64,000 nucleotides of DNA from Alphaproteobacteria bacterium (GTDB taxonomy: Bacteria; Pseudomonadota; Alphaproteobacteria; SP197). Location of the stretch: NCBI GenBank assembly GCA_964291265.2, contig OZ219747.1, positions 1,920,001-1,984,000 on the forward strand. The letters run 5' to 3'. The notes under the pieces were generated by a model that was not told the DNA's origin, ran no database searches, and saw nothing but the letters and a program-made list of their open reading frames with translations. The first letter of the stretch is position 1. Each line of letters starts with the position of its first letter. The position numbers and the translations under genes are program-made. Positions 1 through 10,414 of this stretch are shown here, piece by piece.

Positions 1-66
1 GATGGATTAACGTCCATGTCCGGATCTGTGCGGGGGGTGCGCAGCAATGCGCATCCCTACCGCGAC
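1..66 (+). mobile_element. 3' end (domains V-VI) of a group II intron; the rest lies upstream of the window
   Basis: Identical to 6521-6586, the 3' end of the RT-encoding intron; ends CCCTACCGCGAC with the bulged A at -8 and terminal AC. Confidence 0.9.
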
Positions 67-1607
67 CGGTCTGGATCGGCGCTGGCGACGCAAGCTGGGA
101 GTGGGTCCGGTCGACCCTTCCGGGTCGCTGGGACCCGGAGACGGTCTGGATGCTGCGGTGTGGGCGGTGAACGAATTCGGAGGGGCTCCCTTGGGTGACA
201 AGCGACTGTCGGCACGCCTGGTGAAGAGTGCGGCTCTTCTGGCCTCCTGTCCCGGTTCCAAGATTCACGCGAGCACGGATGCCGACAACACGGCGATCAG
301 TGCTTTCTACCGCCTGATCGAGAAGCCGGTGGAGAGTGCGGTGACGGTGGCGAACATTCTTGCTCCGCATCGGGAGCGCACGATCCGGCGCATCCAGGGT
401 CAAACGACCGTGCTGGCGATCCAGGACGGGAGCGACCTCAATTTCTCCCGGCGGCCGGGATGCGAAGGTCTTCAGGTCATCGGCAAGAACCAGACCTCCT
501 CGTCGGCCCGGGTTTGCACCTGCATGCGACGCTGGCGGTGAGCGAGACGGGGTTGCCGCTCGGGGTTCTGCGTCTGGGGTTCGATGCGGTGAAGCAGCGC
601 TCCCCGGCGGCCGAGGAGCGGTTGAAGAGCCGACGCTGGATGGAAGGCTTCAAGGACATCGACGAAGCGGTTCGCGACATCGCAAGCACGACGCGCGTGA
701 TCTCGGTCTGTGATCGGGAAGCGGACTTCTTCGAGCTGTTCGATCATCAACGTCTCAACCCACGGGTCGGGCTTCTGGTCCGAGCCCGACATGACCGGGT
801 TCTCGGCAAGGGGCGCGCAAAGCTGTTTGCAACCTTGAGCGCAGGCCCGCCCGACGGCGGCGTCACCGTCGAGGTCGACGGCCTGAGCGAGCGTCCGAAG
901 GCGAGCCGAACGAAGGCGCGGGCGGCCCGACGCAAACGCGTGGCTCAGTGCGCACTGCGGTTCCGCCGCGTGACCTTGCCCTCCACCCTCGAAGGCCGGG
1001 CGCCGCTCGCCCTTTCCGGTGTCCACATCATCGAAACCGATCCTCCCGAAGGCGAGAACCCGGTGCAGTGGTTCCTGCTCACCACGCTCAAGGTGCGCAG
1101 CGCCGAGGACGCCGCCAGGATGGTTGGCTTCTACCTCCAGAGGTGGAAGGTCGAAGACTTCTTCCGCGTCCTCAAGTCAGGCTGTCGCACCGAGTTCCTG
1201 CTGTTCCGGACCGCAGAACGACTGCAGCGGGCCATCGCCATCAACGCCGTCATCGCCTGGCGCATCATGGTCATGACCCTGCTCGGACGGCAGGTTCCCG
1301 ACTGTGAGCCCGAGCTGATGTTCACCGATCAGGAGCTGAGCTTCCTGCGCGACTACGCCGCCGAGAAGCGCATGACGCCGCCCGACCGCCTCGGGGATGC
1401 CGTCCGCCTGGTGGCCCATCTCGGCGGGTACCAGGATCGCAAGCATGATCCCGAGCCCGGACACCAAGTCATGTGGCACGGCGCGACCCGTCTGACCAGC
1501 GCCGTTCTTGGCCATCAAGTCGGCTTCCGGGCCGGACAGCGGCAACCCTTGCAACACATTCAGGCTCTCGACGTCACGTCGTAATTGTCATTACTCGGCA
1601 GACCTAG
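67..1607 (+). mobile_element. IS4-family (IS50/Tn5-like) element, 3' part, copy 1; transposase has a 1-bp frameshift near 511
   Basis: ORFs 47-541 and 460-1584 carry WAxNEFGGAPLGDKRL, LAIQDGS, VCDREAD, YLQRWKVEDFFRVLKSGC and LGGYQDRKHDPEPG. Near-identical to 6587-8128. Right end ...ATTGTCATTACTCGGCAG(A)CCTAG; exact end is 1601-1607. Confidence 0.85.
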
Positions 1608-2546
1608 ACCCTTGGCGGATGTCATGACAGGCCCTGTCTTCTGGACCTGGGCCTCGCGCCACAACACGTAGAGCCCGCTCATCATGAGGACTGCGGCGCC
1701 GATTGCCACGGTCCAGTCCGGCAGGTCGCCCCAGATGAGATAGCCGAACACGATGGCCCAGATCATCGCCGTGTAGTCGAAAGGCGCCAGGACCTGGGGA
1801 GGAGCGAGCGCACAAGCCCGGACCGCGGTGAGCTGGGCGACCATGACCGTAACCCCGCATGCAACCATGACCAGAAGGGCCTCGATCGAGGGCATGATCC
1901 ACTCGAAGGGAGCGAACACGGGCATGGTCATCACATAGATGCCGTTCAGCAGGAAGACCGTGGTGGTCGCCGCTTCGGTGCGGCTCACGATCCTCGTCAC
2001 GATGATGGCAAGGGCATAGGCGAGCGCCGAGCACAGCGCCCACAACGCCGCGATCTGGAAGATGCCGGTGGAGGGATTGACGATGATGAGGACGCCACAG
2101 AGACCGATGCCCACCGCTGTCCAGCGGCGCGGTCCGACCCGCTCTCCGAGCAACGGTACGCTGAGCGCCGTCATCAGCAAGGGCGAGGCAAACGAGACCG
2201 CCGTGGCGTCGGGAAGCGAGATGTGACGTACCGCCTCGATGAAACAGCTGAGCGCGACGAAGAAGCAGAGGAACCGTGCGACATGCATGCGCCAGCGCCG
2301 GGTTCTGAACGGAGTGCCGAGACCCGGACCGCGCCACAGCAGGAGCGTGGTGCCGACCACCACGACCACCGAGCGAATGAACAGGATCTGCGAGAAGTGG
2401 TAATCCGCGGCGAGCCACTTGAGGGCCGCCATCTGCGCCATGAAGAGGATGGTGGCGAACAGCCACAGACCGATCGCGGTGACGGGTGCGTTCCGGTAAC
2501 CGCCGCCCGGGTCAGTCGTTCCGTTGCCGGGGGAACGGAGCCGCAT
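1560..2546 (-). CDS. DMT/EamA family transporter; the C-terminus reads into the IS4 right end
   Basis: About ten hydrophobic helices, LLGERVGPRRW and LAPFDYTAMIWAIVFGYLIWGD motifs; the last ~15 codons derive from IS sequence. Confidence 0.85.
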   Translation of the reverse strand: MRLRSPGNGTTDPGGGYRNAPVTAIGLWLFATILFMAQMAALKWLAADYHFSQILFIRSVVVVVGTTLLLWRGPGLGTPFRTRRWRMHVARFLCFFVALSCFIEAVRHISLPDATAVSFASPLLMTALSVPLLGERVGPRRWTAVGIGLCGVLIIVNPSTGIFQIAALWALCSALAYALAIIVTRIVSRTEAATTTVFLLNGIYVMTMPVFAPFEWIMPSIEALLVMVACGVTVMVAQLTAVRACALAPPQVLAPFDYTAMIWAIVFGYLIWGDLPDWTVAIGAAVLMMSGLYVLWREAQVQKTGPVMTSAKGLGLPSNDNYDVTSRA

Positions 2547-2702
2547 GTGCCTGGATTATCCCATGGCCGGATGTTGAGGACAGGGAGGGGACTTGTTTGG
2601 TATCGTCATCATGATGGCGTTGGTTTCCGGGCGTCCACGAGGGATGATGCGCGTGTGGTTCGGGGTCGCCTGCCCCGTCGGCCGATGGAGGACCGACCGC
2701 GC

Positions 2703-3499
2703 ATGGTGCAGGATACTCACGAACATCGACAAGTCACGCAGCGGTCGCTCCCCGGCAGCCGCACGAAGGCTCGCGGCCGCGTGCATTCGTGCGGAACACG
2801 ATTCTCGGGTCAGCGGAACAGCTTCATGCCATCGCCGGCATGTCGTTCTCCACGCCGGGCAGGGCTTTCACCCGGCTGCGCAGGGTGGCGCCGTGGTTGC
2901 AGGAGATGCCGTTCGAGCCCGTTCGCCATGTCCTCAGGTGCCGTGCTGGATGCCTGGCAGGCGCCCCCACTTCAAGCGGGGTGATGTTCGATGACGCTCC
3001 CGGACAATGTTCGCATCCGCGGTGGCATGCTGCAGGTCCCGAAGATCGGGCCGATGCGGCTTCGCCGCCGGGGAAGAACCCTCAACCCCGGGCGGGCCGG
3101 TGCAGGCGGTGATCAGGCAGCGCTGCGGCAAGTGGTCGAGCGGCCCGACGATGGAAACGTGACCGGCCTCGACATGCGCGTGGGGCAGGTGGCTCAACAG
3201 CAACGAGCACATCCACCATCCACCGGATACGCGCGGCCTCGAAGCCCGCAGACGGCGAGCCAGCTTGCGCGGTTCCCGGCGTCGCAAGATGACGCGGCTT
3301 GCCGGACCGAATCGCCATGAGCCGCCGCAGCTGGCAGGATCATGTTTCTCGGGCCGTGGCTGGCGGAACCGTCGTCACTGAAGACCTCGACACACAGGCC
3401 ATGACGCGAAGGGAATGGTCGAGCGCCCCGGGACGAACGTGAAGGCGAAGTCCGGGCTGAACCGTGAAGTCCTCGCCACCGGCGGGGGGGGGTACGGTG
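2703..3499 (+). pseudogene. tnpB: TnpB (IS200/IS605-family RNA-guided nuclease) pseudogene, cut off by an IS66 end
   Basis: Fragments in several frames: RAFTRLRRVAPWLQEMPF, TLPDNVRIRGGMLQVPKIGPMRLRR, RuvC-I-like VTGLDM, and VVTEDL..AMT..KGMVERPGTNVKAKSGLNREVLATG. Confidence 0.75.
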
Positions 3500-4667
3500 G
3501 TAAGCGTTCGGCCACGCGGTGATTGTTGGTGATATTCACCGGTTGAGGATGCGTTTGGGAGGCGCACCACGTGGCGGTTCGCTGTTGGGTCCGAAGACGA
3601 TGGGTCCGGGTCGGGTTGCTCGTCGTTGGGGTGGCGGCAGGGTGATGAGGCCGTCGCGGTGCATGGCCAGAAAGGCGACATTCGCCATCATGTTCTTGAG
3701 GCCCCGTCGGGCTTGTATCAGCCGGTCTCGCGGCAGAAGGCGCGGGCGATGGCCGCACGGGTGGGGTGCTGGGTGATCAGGGAGCGCAACAGCGCCATCT
3801 CGTGCGCGGTGAAGTCACGGCCGTCGTAACGGCACTCGATCACCCCGGTTCCATGAGGTCCCTTCGACGCTCCGGGGTCATCGACCATGGCAGCCACGGG
3901 TCGAGGTCATCCGGCGGCTTGCCGCCGTTCTGCGCGCAGGCCTCAAGCCACTCATGAAGCCAGCGCCGAACATTGATGTTGTTCATGGCAAGGGTGCCGA
4001 TGACCGAGTACATGATGGCGGTGAAGGCGGCGCCCTCCTCGCTGTCGGAGCCGAAGCTCAGCTTTCTCGCGGTCACCGCACCCCGGAGGGTTCTCTCGGC
4101 AAAGTTGTTGTCCATGGGCACCTGGGGGTGGTCGACAAAGACGCACAGTCCCTCGCGGTGACGGATCAGGGAACGCAAGGGCTTCGCTTCGCGTGCACCC
4201 TCGGGCAAGGCGTCGAGTTCCTCCTGAGCCTGCCTGAACAGCGCCTCGACAGCCGCACGAAGGTCCTTCTGCAGGGCATTGAACCTCGCTGACTGACGCT
4301 TGCGTGCGGGATCGTAGTGCTTCAGCCGTTGCCCATTCAGTGTGTAGATCAGCGCGATCCTGTCGAGCCACTTGTCGCACCACTCTTCCAGCCCCTCTTG
4401 GCCTGCCGCAGCCTCGATCACATCGCGCCTGGAGTGCGCCCAGCAAAGGCAGAGGATCACCTTGCCATCAAGCTCACGCTCCAGTTTCCTGTAGACCACG
4501 TAGCGGTCGCAAACAAGGAAGACGACACCTTCGGTGGAGGCGAACAGCACCATGGCCACCCGGGTGCTGCGTGACGGGTCGATAAGGAAGAAGACGGAGT
4601 CGGCGCTGACCGCGGTCCACAGCCAGGCCTTCTGCGAGCGCCCCGAGGCCTTGAGGGACTGGATGCG
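3500..4667 (-). mobile_element. IS66-family element, 3' part only (tnpC C-terminus to right IR); ends at a group II intron
   Basis: Inverted near-identical copy of 21787-22954 (1168 bp); terminal GTAAGCGTTCGGCCACG at 3500; LVCDRY, CWAHSRR and PMDNNFAERTLR motifs; stop at 3840. Confidence 0.9.
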
Positions 4668-6586
4668 GTGTGCCAGGCGAACTGGCGGAAGGTAGGGGGT
4701 GAAAGTCCCCTGAAACGAAGGAGTAACCAAACCACGTTTCTCCGCGAGCCGTGCGTCGGTTCCCGCGAGGGGGCAGGCGAAGCGTCGGTAGCGGTACGGA
4801 TGGGCAGGGCTAATGAGCACCGAAAAGTCCGTTGTTCGGGGTGCCGAGGCTTTCGCATCGGTCGAAGGCAACATCGCAGGCATCGATTTGGTGAGATGTC
4901 GGCGAGCCCCGCGGTGTCGGAGAACCCATGCACGTCCGCACGCCTTCTGTTGGGACCCTGGGAGGTCTTCGAACTATCCCGCCTGTCGTGGCGGGACCGT
5001 GTAGGGAAAGGAGAAAGCCGAAGCCTATGAGGAACGGTTTGAAGAAGTCGGATGGGGCCGTAAGACCGGTGAAGGCGGCGAACAAGGGAGCGTCAGCTTC
5101 TGCGGAGTCGCTGGAGGAAAGGGCCTCAACCAAGGGGAATCCGGGACGCCAAAGCACGCACCGAACGCAGTGTCGGGCAAGTGTGCCACAGGCGGCGGAC
5201 CGGATACGGGAAGCTGCAGAGAGGAACCCGAAGGAGCGTCTCACTGCACTCTTCCATCACATTACGCCGGACGCGCTCCGGGCGGCCTACTTCGGTTTGA
5301 AGAAGGAAGCCTCGGCAGGTGTCGACGGCGTGACGTGGGCGGCGTATGGCGAGGGTCTGGACGAGCGCTTGCTTGATCTGCACTCGCGCCTGCATCGTGG
5401 GGGAGCGTACCGGGCGCCGCCGGTTCGGCGGGTTGAGATACCCAAGCCGGACGGCGGGACACGACCGCTCGGGATTGCCGCACTGGAGGACAAGATCGTC
5501 CAGAAGGCGGTTGTGGATGTGATCCTGACACCGATTTATGAGGTGGAGTTCCTTGGCTTCAGCTACGGGTTCCGACCGGGCCGAGGGGCGCATGACGCTC
5601 TCGACGCCCTGGCGTTCGGGATCGAGCGGCGCAAGGTCAACTGGATAGTCGACGCGGACATTCAGGGGTACTTCGACACAATCCCGAGGGATTGGTTGAT
5701 CAAGTTCCTGGAGCATCGCATTGGCGACAGGCGGGTGATCCGTCTGATCCGCAAGTGGCTGAACGCTGGCGTCATGACCGACGGATCATGGAGCGACACC
5801 GGTGCGGGCACGCCTCAGGGCGCCATTGTCAGCCCCTGCCTGGCGAACGTGTTTCTGCACTACGTGCTCGATCTGTGGTTTCACAAGGCATGGCGTCCGA
5901 AGGTTCCGAACGGTAAAGCGATCATTGTCCGCTACGCGGACGATATTGTGGTCGGGTTCCAGCATAAGCGGGATGCGGAGACATACCTTCGCGACGTTCG
6001 GGAGAGGCTGGACCGCTTTGGTCTCACCCTTCACCCGGACAAGACCCGTCTCGTTGAGTTTGGACGGTTTGCCAAGGCGAACCGGCGATCTCGCGGGGCG
6101 GGCAGGCCGGAGACGTTCGACTTCCTGGGCTTCACGCACTTCTGCACGGAGACCCGGAGAGGACGCTTCAGGCTTGGTCGCAAGCCGGTCGCAAAACGGG
6201 TCGCAAGGACCCTGGCGCGCATCGAGGAGGTGCTTCGCAATCGACGGCATCACGACATATGGGAGGTCGGCATGTGGCTTGGGCGAGTTGTCAATGGCTG
6301 GTCCAACTACTTCGCCGTTCCGGGGTCGACCCGATGGCTGCGCACGTTCCGCCAAAGGCTGCAACGCCTATGGCTGCGAGCGATCCGCCGCCGCTCCCAG
6401 CGCCACTGCTTTGACTGGAAGCGATTGGAGCGCATGACCGAGCTTCTTTGGCCGCGCGTCTCCATCCGCCACCCATGGCCGGACCAGCGGTTTACCGTCA
6501 AGCACCCGAGGTAGGAGCCGGATGGATTAACGTCCATGTCCGGATCTGTGCGGGGGGTGCGCAGCAATGCGCATCCCTACCGCGAC
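4668..6586 (+). mobile_element. Complete group II intron (class E-like) with RT/maturase ORF
   Basis: 5' GTGTG at 4668; domain V GAGCCGGATGGATTAACGTCCATGTCCGGATC; 3' CCCTACCGCGAC; candidate EBS1 CGCATC complementary to the 5' exon end GATGCG. Confidence 0.92.
5027..6514 (+). CDS. ltrA: Group II intron reverse transcriptase/maturase, no endonuclease domain
   Basis: IPKPDGGTRPLGI, SYGFRPGR, GTPQG, YADD, FDFLGF and GWSNYF motifs; C-terminus HPWPDQRFTVKHPR; ATG 5027 follows a purine-rich AAGGAG. Confidence 0.95.
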   Translation: MRNGLKKSDGAVRPVKAANKGASASAESLEERASTKGNPGRQSTHRTQCRASVPQAADRIREAAERNPKERLTALFHHITPDALRAAYFGLKKEASAGVDGVTWAAYGEGLDERLLDLHSRLHRGGAYRAPPVRRVEIPKPDGGTRPLGIAALEDKIVQKAVVDVILTPIYEVEFLGFSYGFRPGRGAHDALDALAFGIERRKVNWIVDADIQGYFDTIPRDWLIKFLEHRIGDRRVIRLIRKWLNAGVMTDGSWSDTGAGTPQGAIVSPCLANVFLHYVLDLWFHKAWRPKVPNGKAIIVRYADDIVVGFQHKRDAETYLRDVRERLDRFGLTLHPDKTRLVEFGRFAKANRRSRGAGRPETFDFLGFTHFCTETRRGRFRLGRKPVAKRVARTLARIEEVLRNRRHHDIWEVGMWLGRVVNGWSNYFAVPGSTRWLRTFRQRLQRLWLRAIRRRSQRHCFDWKRLERMTELLWPRVSIRHPWPDQRFTVKHPR

Positions 6587-8128
6587 CGGTCTGGATCGGC
6601 GCTGGCGACGCAAGCTGGGAGTGGGTCCGGTCGACCCTGCCTGGTCGCTGGGACCCGGAGACGGTCTGGATGGTGCGGTGTGGGCGGCGAACGAATTCGG
6701 AGGGGCTCCCTTGGGTGACAAGCGACTGTCGGCACGCCTGATGAAGAGTGCGGCTCTTCTGGCCTCCTGTCCCGGTTCCAAGATTCACGCGAGCACGGAT
6801 GCCGACAACACGGCGATCAGTGCTTTCTACCGCCTGATCGAGAAGCCGGTGGAGAGTGCGGTGACGGTGGCGAACATTCTTGCTCCGCATCGGGAGCGCA
6901 CGATCCGGCGCATCCAGGGTCAAACGACCGTGCTGGCGATCCAGGACGGGAGCGACCTCAATTTCTCCCGGCGGCCGGGATGCGAAGGTCTTCAGGTCAT
7001 CGGCAAGAACCAGACCTCCTCGTCGGCCCGGGGTCTGCACCTGCATGCGACGCTGGCGGTGAGCGAGACGGGGTTGCCGCTCGGGGTTCTGCGTCTGGGG
7101 TTCGATGCGGTGAAGCAGCGCTCCCCGGCGGCCGAGGAGCGGTTGAAGAGCCGACGCTCGATGGAAGGCTTCAAGGACATCGACGAAGCGGTTCGCGACG
7201 TCGCAAGCACGACGCGCGTGATCTCGGTCTGTGATCGGGAAGCGGACTTCTTCGAGCTGTTCGATCATCAACGTCTCAACCCACGGGTCGGGCTTCTGGT
7301 CCGAGCCCGACATGACCGGGTTCTCGGCAAGGGGCGCGCAAAGCTGTTTGCAACCTTGAGCGCAGGCCCACCCGACGGCGGCGTCACCGTCGAGGTCGAC
7401 GGCCTGAGCGAGCGTCCGAAGGCGAGCCGAACGAAGGCGCGGGCGGCCCGACGCAAACGCGTGGCTCAGTGCGCACTGCGGTTCCGCCTCGTGACCTTGC
7501 CCTCCACCCTCGAAGGCCGGGCGCCACTCGCCCTTTCCGGTGTCCACATCATCGAAACCGATCCTCCCGAGGGCGAGAACCCGGTGCAGTGGTTCCTGCT
7601 CACCACGCTCAAGGTGCGCAGCGCCGAGGATGCCGCCAGGATGGTTGGCTTCTACCTCCAGAGGTGGAAGGTCGAAGACTTCTTCCGCGTCCTCAAGTCA
7701 GGCTGTCGCACCGAGTTCCTGCTGTTCCGGACCGCAGAACGACTGCAGCGGGCCATCGCCATCAACGCCGTCATCGCCTGGCGCATCATGGTCATGACAC
7801 TGCTCGGACGGCAGGTTCCCGACTGTGAGCCCGAGCTGATGTTCACCGATCAAGAGCTGAGCTTCCTGCGCGACTACGCCGCCGAGAAGCGCATGACGCC
7901 GCCCGACCGCCTCGGGGATGCCGTCCGCCTGGTGGCCCATCTCGGCGGGTACCAGGATCGTAAGCATGATCCCGAGCCCGGACACCAGATCATGTGGCAC
8001 GGCGCGACCCGCCTGACCAGCGCCGTTCTTGGCCATCAAGTCGGCTTCCGGGCCGGACAGCGGCAACCCTTGCAACACATTCAGACCCTTGACGTCACGT
8101 CGTAATTGTCATTACTCGGCAGGCCTAG
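6587..8128 (+). mobile_element. IS4-family (IS50/Tn5-like) element, 3' part, copy 2; frame open to 8105 but native N-terminus missing
   Basis: ORF 6567-8105 has the DDE motifs; its first codons are intron sequence; same right end as copy 1. Confidence 0.88.
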
Positions 8129-8304
8129 GCATCGGCCATCACGGCGCCGGCGTTCTCGGTGCGACAGGTCATTTGCCGGATGCCGAACTCGGGAGTGGCC
8201 AGAAAGAAGGCCGACGGAATCGACTGGCCGAAAATCGTATCGACCCCGTGGCGGGCGAAGGCGGCGGCAAAGACCCTGGATGCGGAAAGGTTGCTGTCGG
8301 TCAT
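8125..8304 (-). pseudogene. Acetolactate synthase-like ThDP enzyme, N-terminal fragment truncated by IS4
   Basis: MTDSNLSASRVFAAAFARHGVDTIFGQSIPSAFFLA...RTENAGAVMADA, ending at the IS boundary; start overlaps the phzF-like stop. Confidence 0.75.
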
Positions 8305-9206
8305 GGCGGCAGGTGGAGCAGGCCGTCGACGGTCCTGGTGGCCATGCCACCGACCTCGAGGCTGGCGATGGTATCGTTCTCGATGACAGCACGCGAGACA
8401 ATCCTGCTCGCCCGGCCGATCTCGACGCCCTGTTCGGTCCTGACATGGACACGGCCGCCCGGGTCCGGCGACACGATGCGATGGCGTATCAGATAACCGG
8501 CAAGGGCAGCGTTCGTGGTCCCGGCGGCAGCGGACTCGGCCACCCCGACGGCGGGGCAGAAGTCCCTGACGTGGAGTGTCGACCAAGGGTCCAGGGTTTC
8601 GGTGGTGAAGAGAACCACGGTCTCGATTGCGTGGTCGTGGCACAGGGCGGCGATTCCCGGAAAGTCGGGACTGACGCGCTGCATGGCGTCGAGACCGGGA
8701 AGCGGCACGACGAGATGCACGAAGTCGCCGCAGGCGGTTTCAAGGGGATGGTCCCTGGCAAGGATGTCCGGTTCGAGACCCAGGAGACCGGCGAGGCGGT
8801 CCTTGTCGACATCATCGTGGCGGAATGCGGGCGGGGTGACCTCGAGCATGACCAACGGCCTGCTTCCTGAACCGGCCGAGACGGTGACGCGGGTCCGGGA
8901 TCGGGGAAGGCGAAGTTCCACCCTGGAGGGCATGGCGACGTGACCCTGCTCGACCATGCGAGTCATGAGGGCGATGGTGCCATGGCCGCACATCGGGAGT
9001 TCCATGACCGTCGAGCGGAATCGTGCTTCGACGCGTCCCTCGCCCGCGGCGCCGACAAAGCAGACGGCGGGGTACCCGAGTTCGCCGGCGACCCGCGCCA
9101 TGGTGGCCTCGTCCAGTGTTCCGGCATCCGAGACAACGGCGGCCTGGCTTCCCCCGAAGGGGGTGTCGCTGAAGGCATCGTAGAGAGCAAGGGGAAGGGA
9201 TGTCAT
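8301..9206 (-). CDS. PhzF family isomerase/epimerase
   Basis: YDAFSDTPFGGSQAAVV, ELPMCGHGTIA, ESAAAGTTNAALAGYL and EQGVEIGRAS motifs. Confidence 0.9.
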   Translation of the reverse strand: MTSLPLALYDAFSDTPFGGSQAAVVSDAGTLDEATMARVAGELGYPAVCFVGAAGEGRVEARFRSTVMELPMCGHGTIALMTRMVEQGHVAMPSRVELRLPRSRTRVTVSAGSGSRPLVMLEVTPPAFRHDDVDKDRLAGLLGLEPDILARDHPLETACGDFVHLVVPLPGLDAMQRVSPDFPGIAALCHDHAIETVVLFTTETLDPWSTLHVRDFCPAVGVAESAAAGTTNAALAGYLIRHRIVSPDPGGRVHVRTEQGVEIGRASRIVSRAVIENDTIASLEVGGMATRTVDGLLHLPP

Positions 9207-9420
9207 GGAGGATCCCGGTTCGTCTTCCCTCTCGTATCCGCAACGGTCCCGTTACCGAACCACGGATTATCAGAAGACATCATTCATAACATAAGGTTAT
9301 ACGACAACTCCGGTGGAATTCAGACTGGCATGAAATGGTGCTTGTTCCAACATTGGACCTGGCACTATGCTTGCGAGGTGTGGAACGTTCGATTGAACTT
9401 GAGAAGGAGGAGAGTATCAA

Positions 9421-10378
9421 ATGTCCCCCCCTCCCCCCCCCCGAACTGGCAGGCTGCAGGAATCACGGGTCTGACCTCTTTCTGATTTCGCTATCCCTTT
9501 CACTCGCGCTCGTCCTCACGGCCTGCGGCGGTGGTGGAGGAGGTACAGCATCAAAGCCTCCTGCCAATCCCGCAACCGTTTCAGGGACATATGCCGACAC
9601 CGCACCCCTGTCCGTCAGCGTGAACATCCAAGACTATTCGACGTCGCCGCGAACCTCTCAGAATGACATCAACAAGGTGAGTGCCGTCACGTCGGATGGC
9701 AGTGGCGGATACATGATCACATACATGATCGATGGAGTTTCCAGGTCCGTTTCGCTGGGATCGGCTGATCGGAGCACCGACTACTACTCCAGAAGGGACG
9801 GTGCGATCGACCATTACTTCGACGTGAATGATTACAACTTCGCTGATCCCAACGACGAGTACGACCATGTCAACCTGTCGTGGTTGTACCGTACCGTGTA
9901 TCCTGATGCAGAAAGTTCATCGCCGCTTTCCCAGACGATTCATACGGTTGTTCACGGCGAGAAGACTGCCCCCTCGGGCATGCCGACGACCGGCCGTGCG
10001 ACCTATGGCGGCAACTTTCACGTCGCCACCTTCGAGCCCCGTCCGGCGAGTGGCGAATTCGAGAGAGCGTCGACAAACTATCGTGGCGATTTGATGCTCT
10101 CTGCCGATTTTGCGACGGGCACCGTCAGTGGCACCTTCGACGGGCGCGACCGGCGCCTGCCCACAGACGATGGCTACGTTGAATTTTCGAGTCAGTTTGC
10201 GCTCAACGATGGCAGCATCTCAGGGAACGGACTGACCGCCGATTTCTCGGGTCTGGGCTATGACGGTACCGTGAATGGTGCGTTCTACGGTCCTGACGCT
10301 GCTGAAGTTGGTGGTGTCATGGATGCGACTCATGAGAATGGCAACATCCTCATGGGGATGTTTCGCGGGAACAGGTGA
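9421..10378 (+). CDS. TbpB-like surface lipoprotein (Slam substrate); the likely start is out of frame at a poly-C tract
   Basis: Lipobox LTA-C followed by a Gly linker; C-terminal barrel motifs MPTTGRATYGG, LSADFATGTVSG and GAFYGPDAAEVGG; SD AGGAGG then ATG 9421 followed by C7-T-C10, one base out of frame with the ORF. Confidence 0.8.
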
Positions 10379-10414
10379 AGGACATAACGATAGTGCGCAG
10401 GAGGGCGCCGAGAG

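Noticed and set aside
2703-3499. Functional TnpB/omegaRNA system
   Set aside because: Multiple frameshifts and deletions; the 3' end, including RuvC-III and the omegaRNA region, is replaced by the IS66 end.
5027-6514. Retron or defence-associated RT
   Set aside because: Flanked by complete group II intron RNA domains, with maturase-type motifs.
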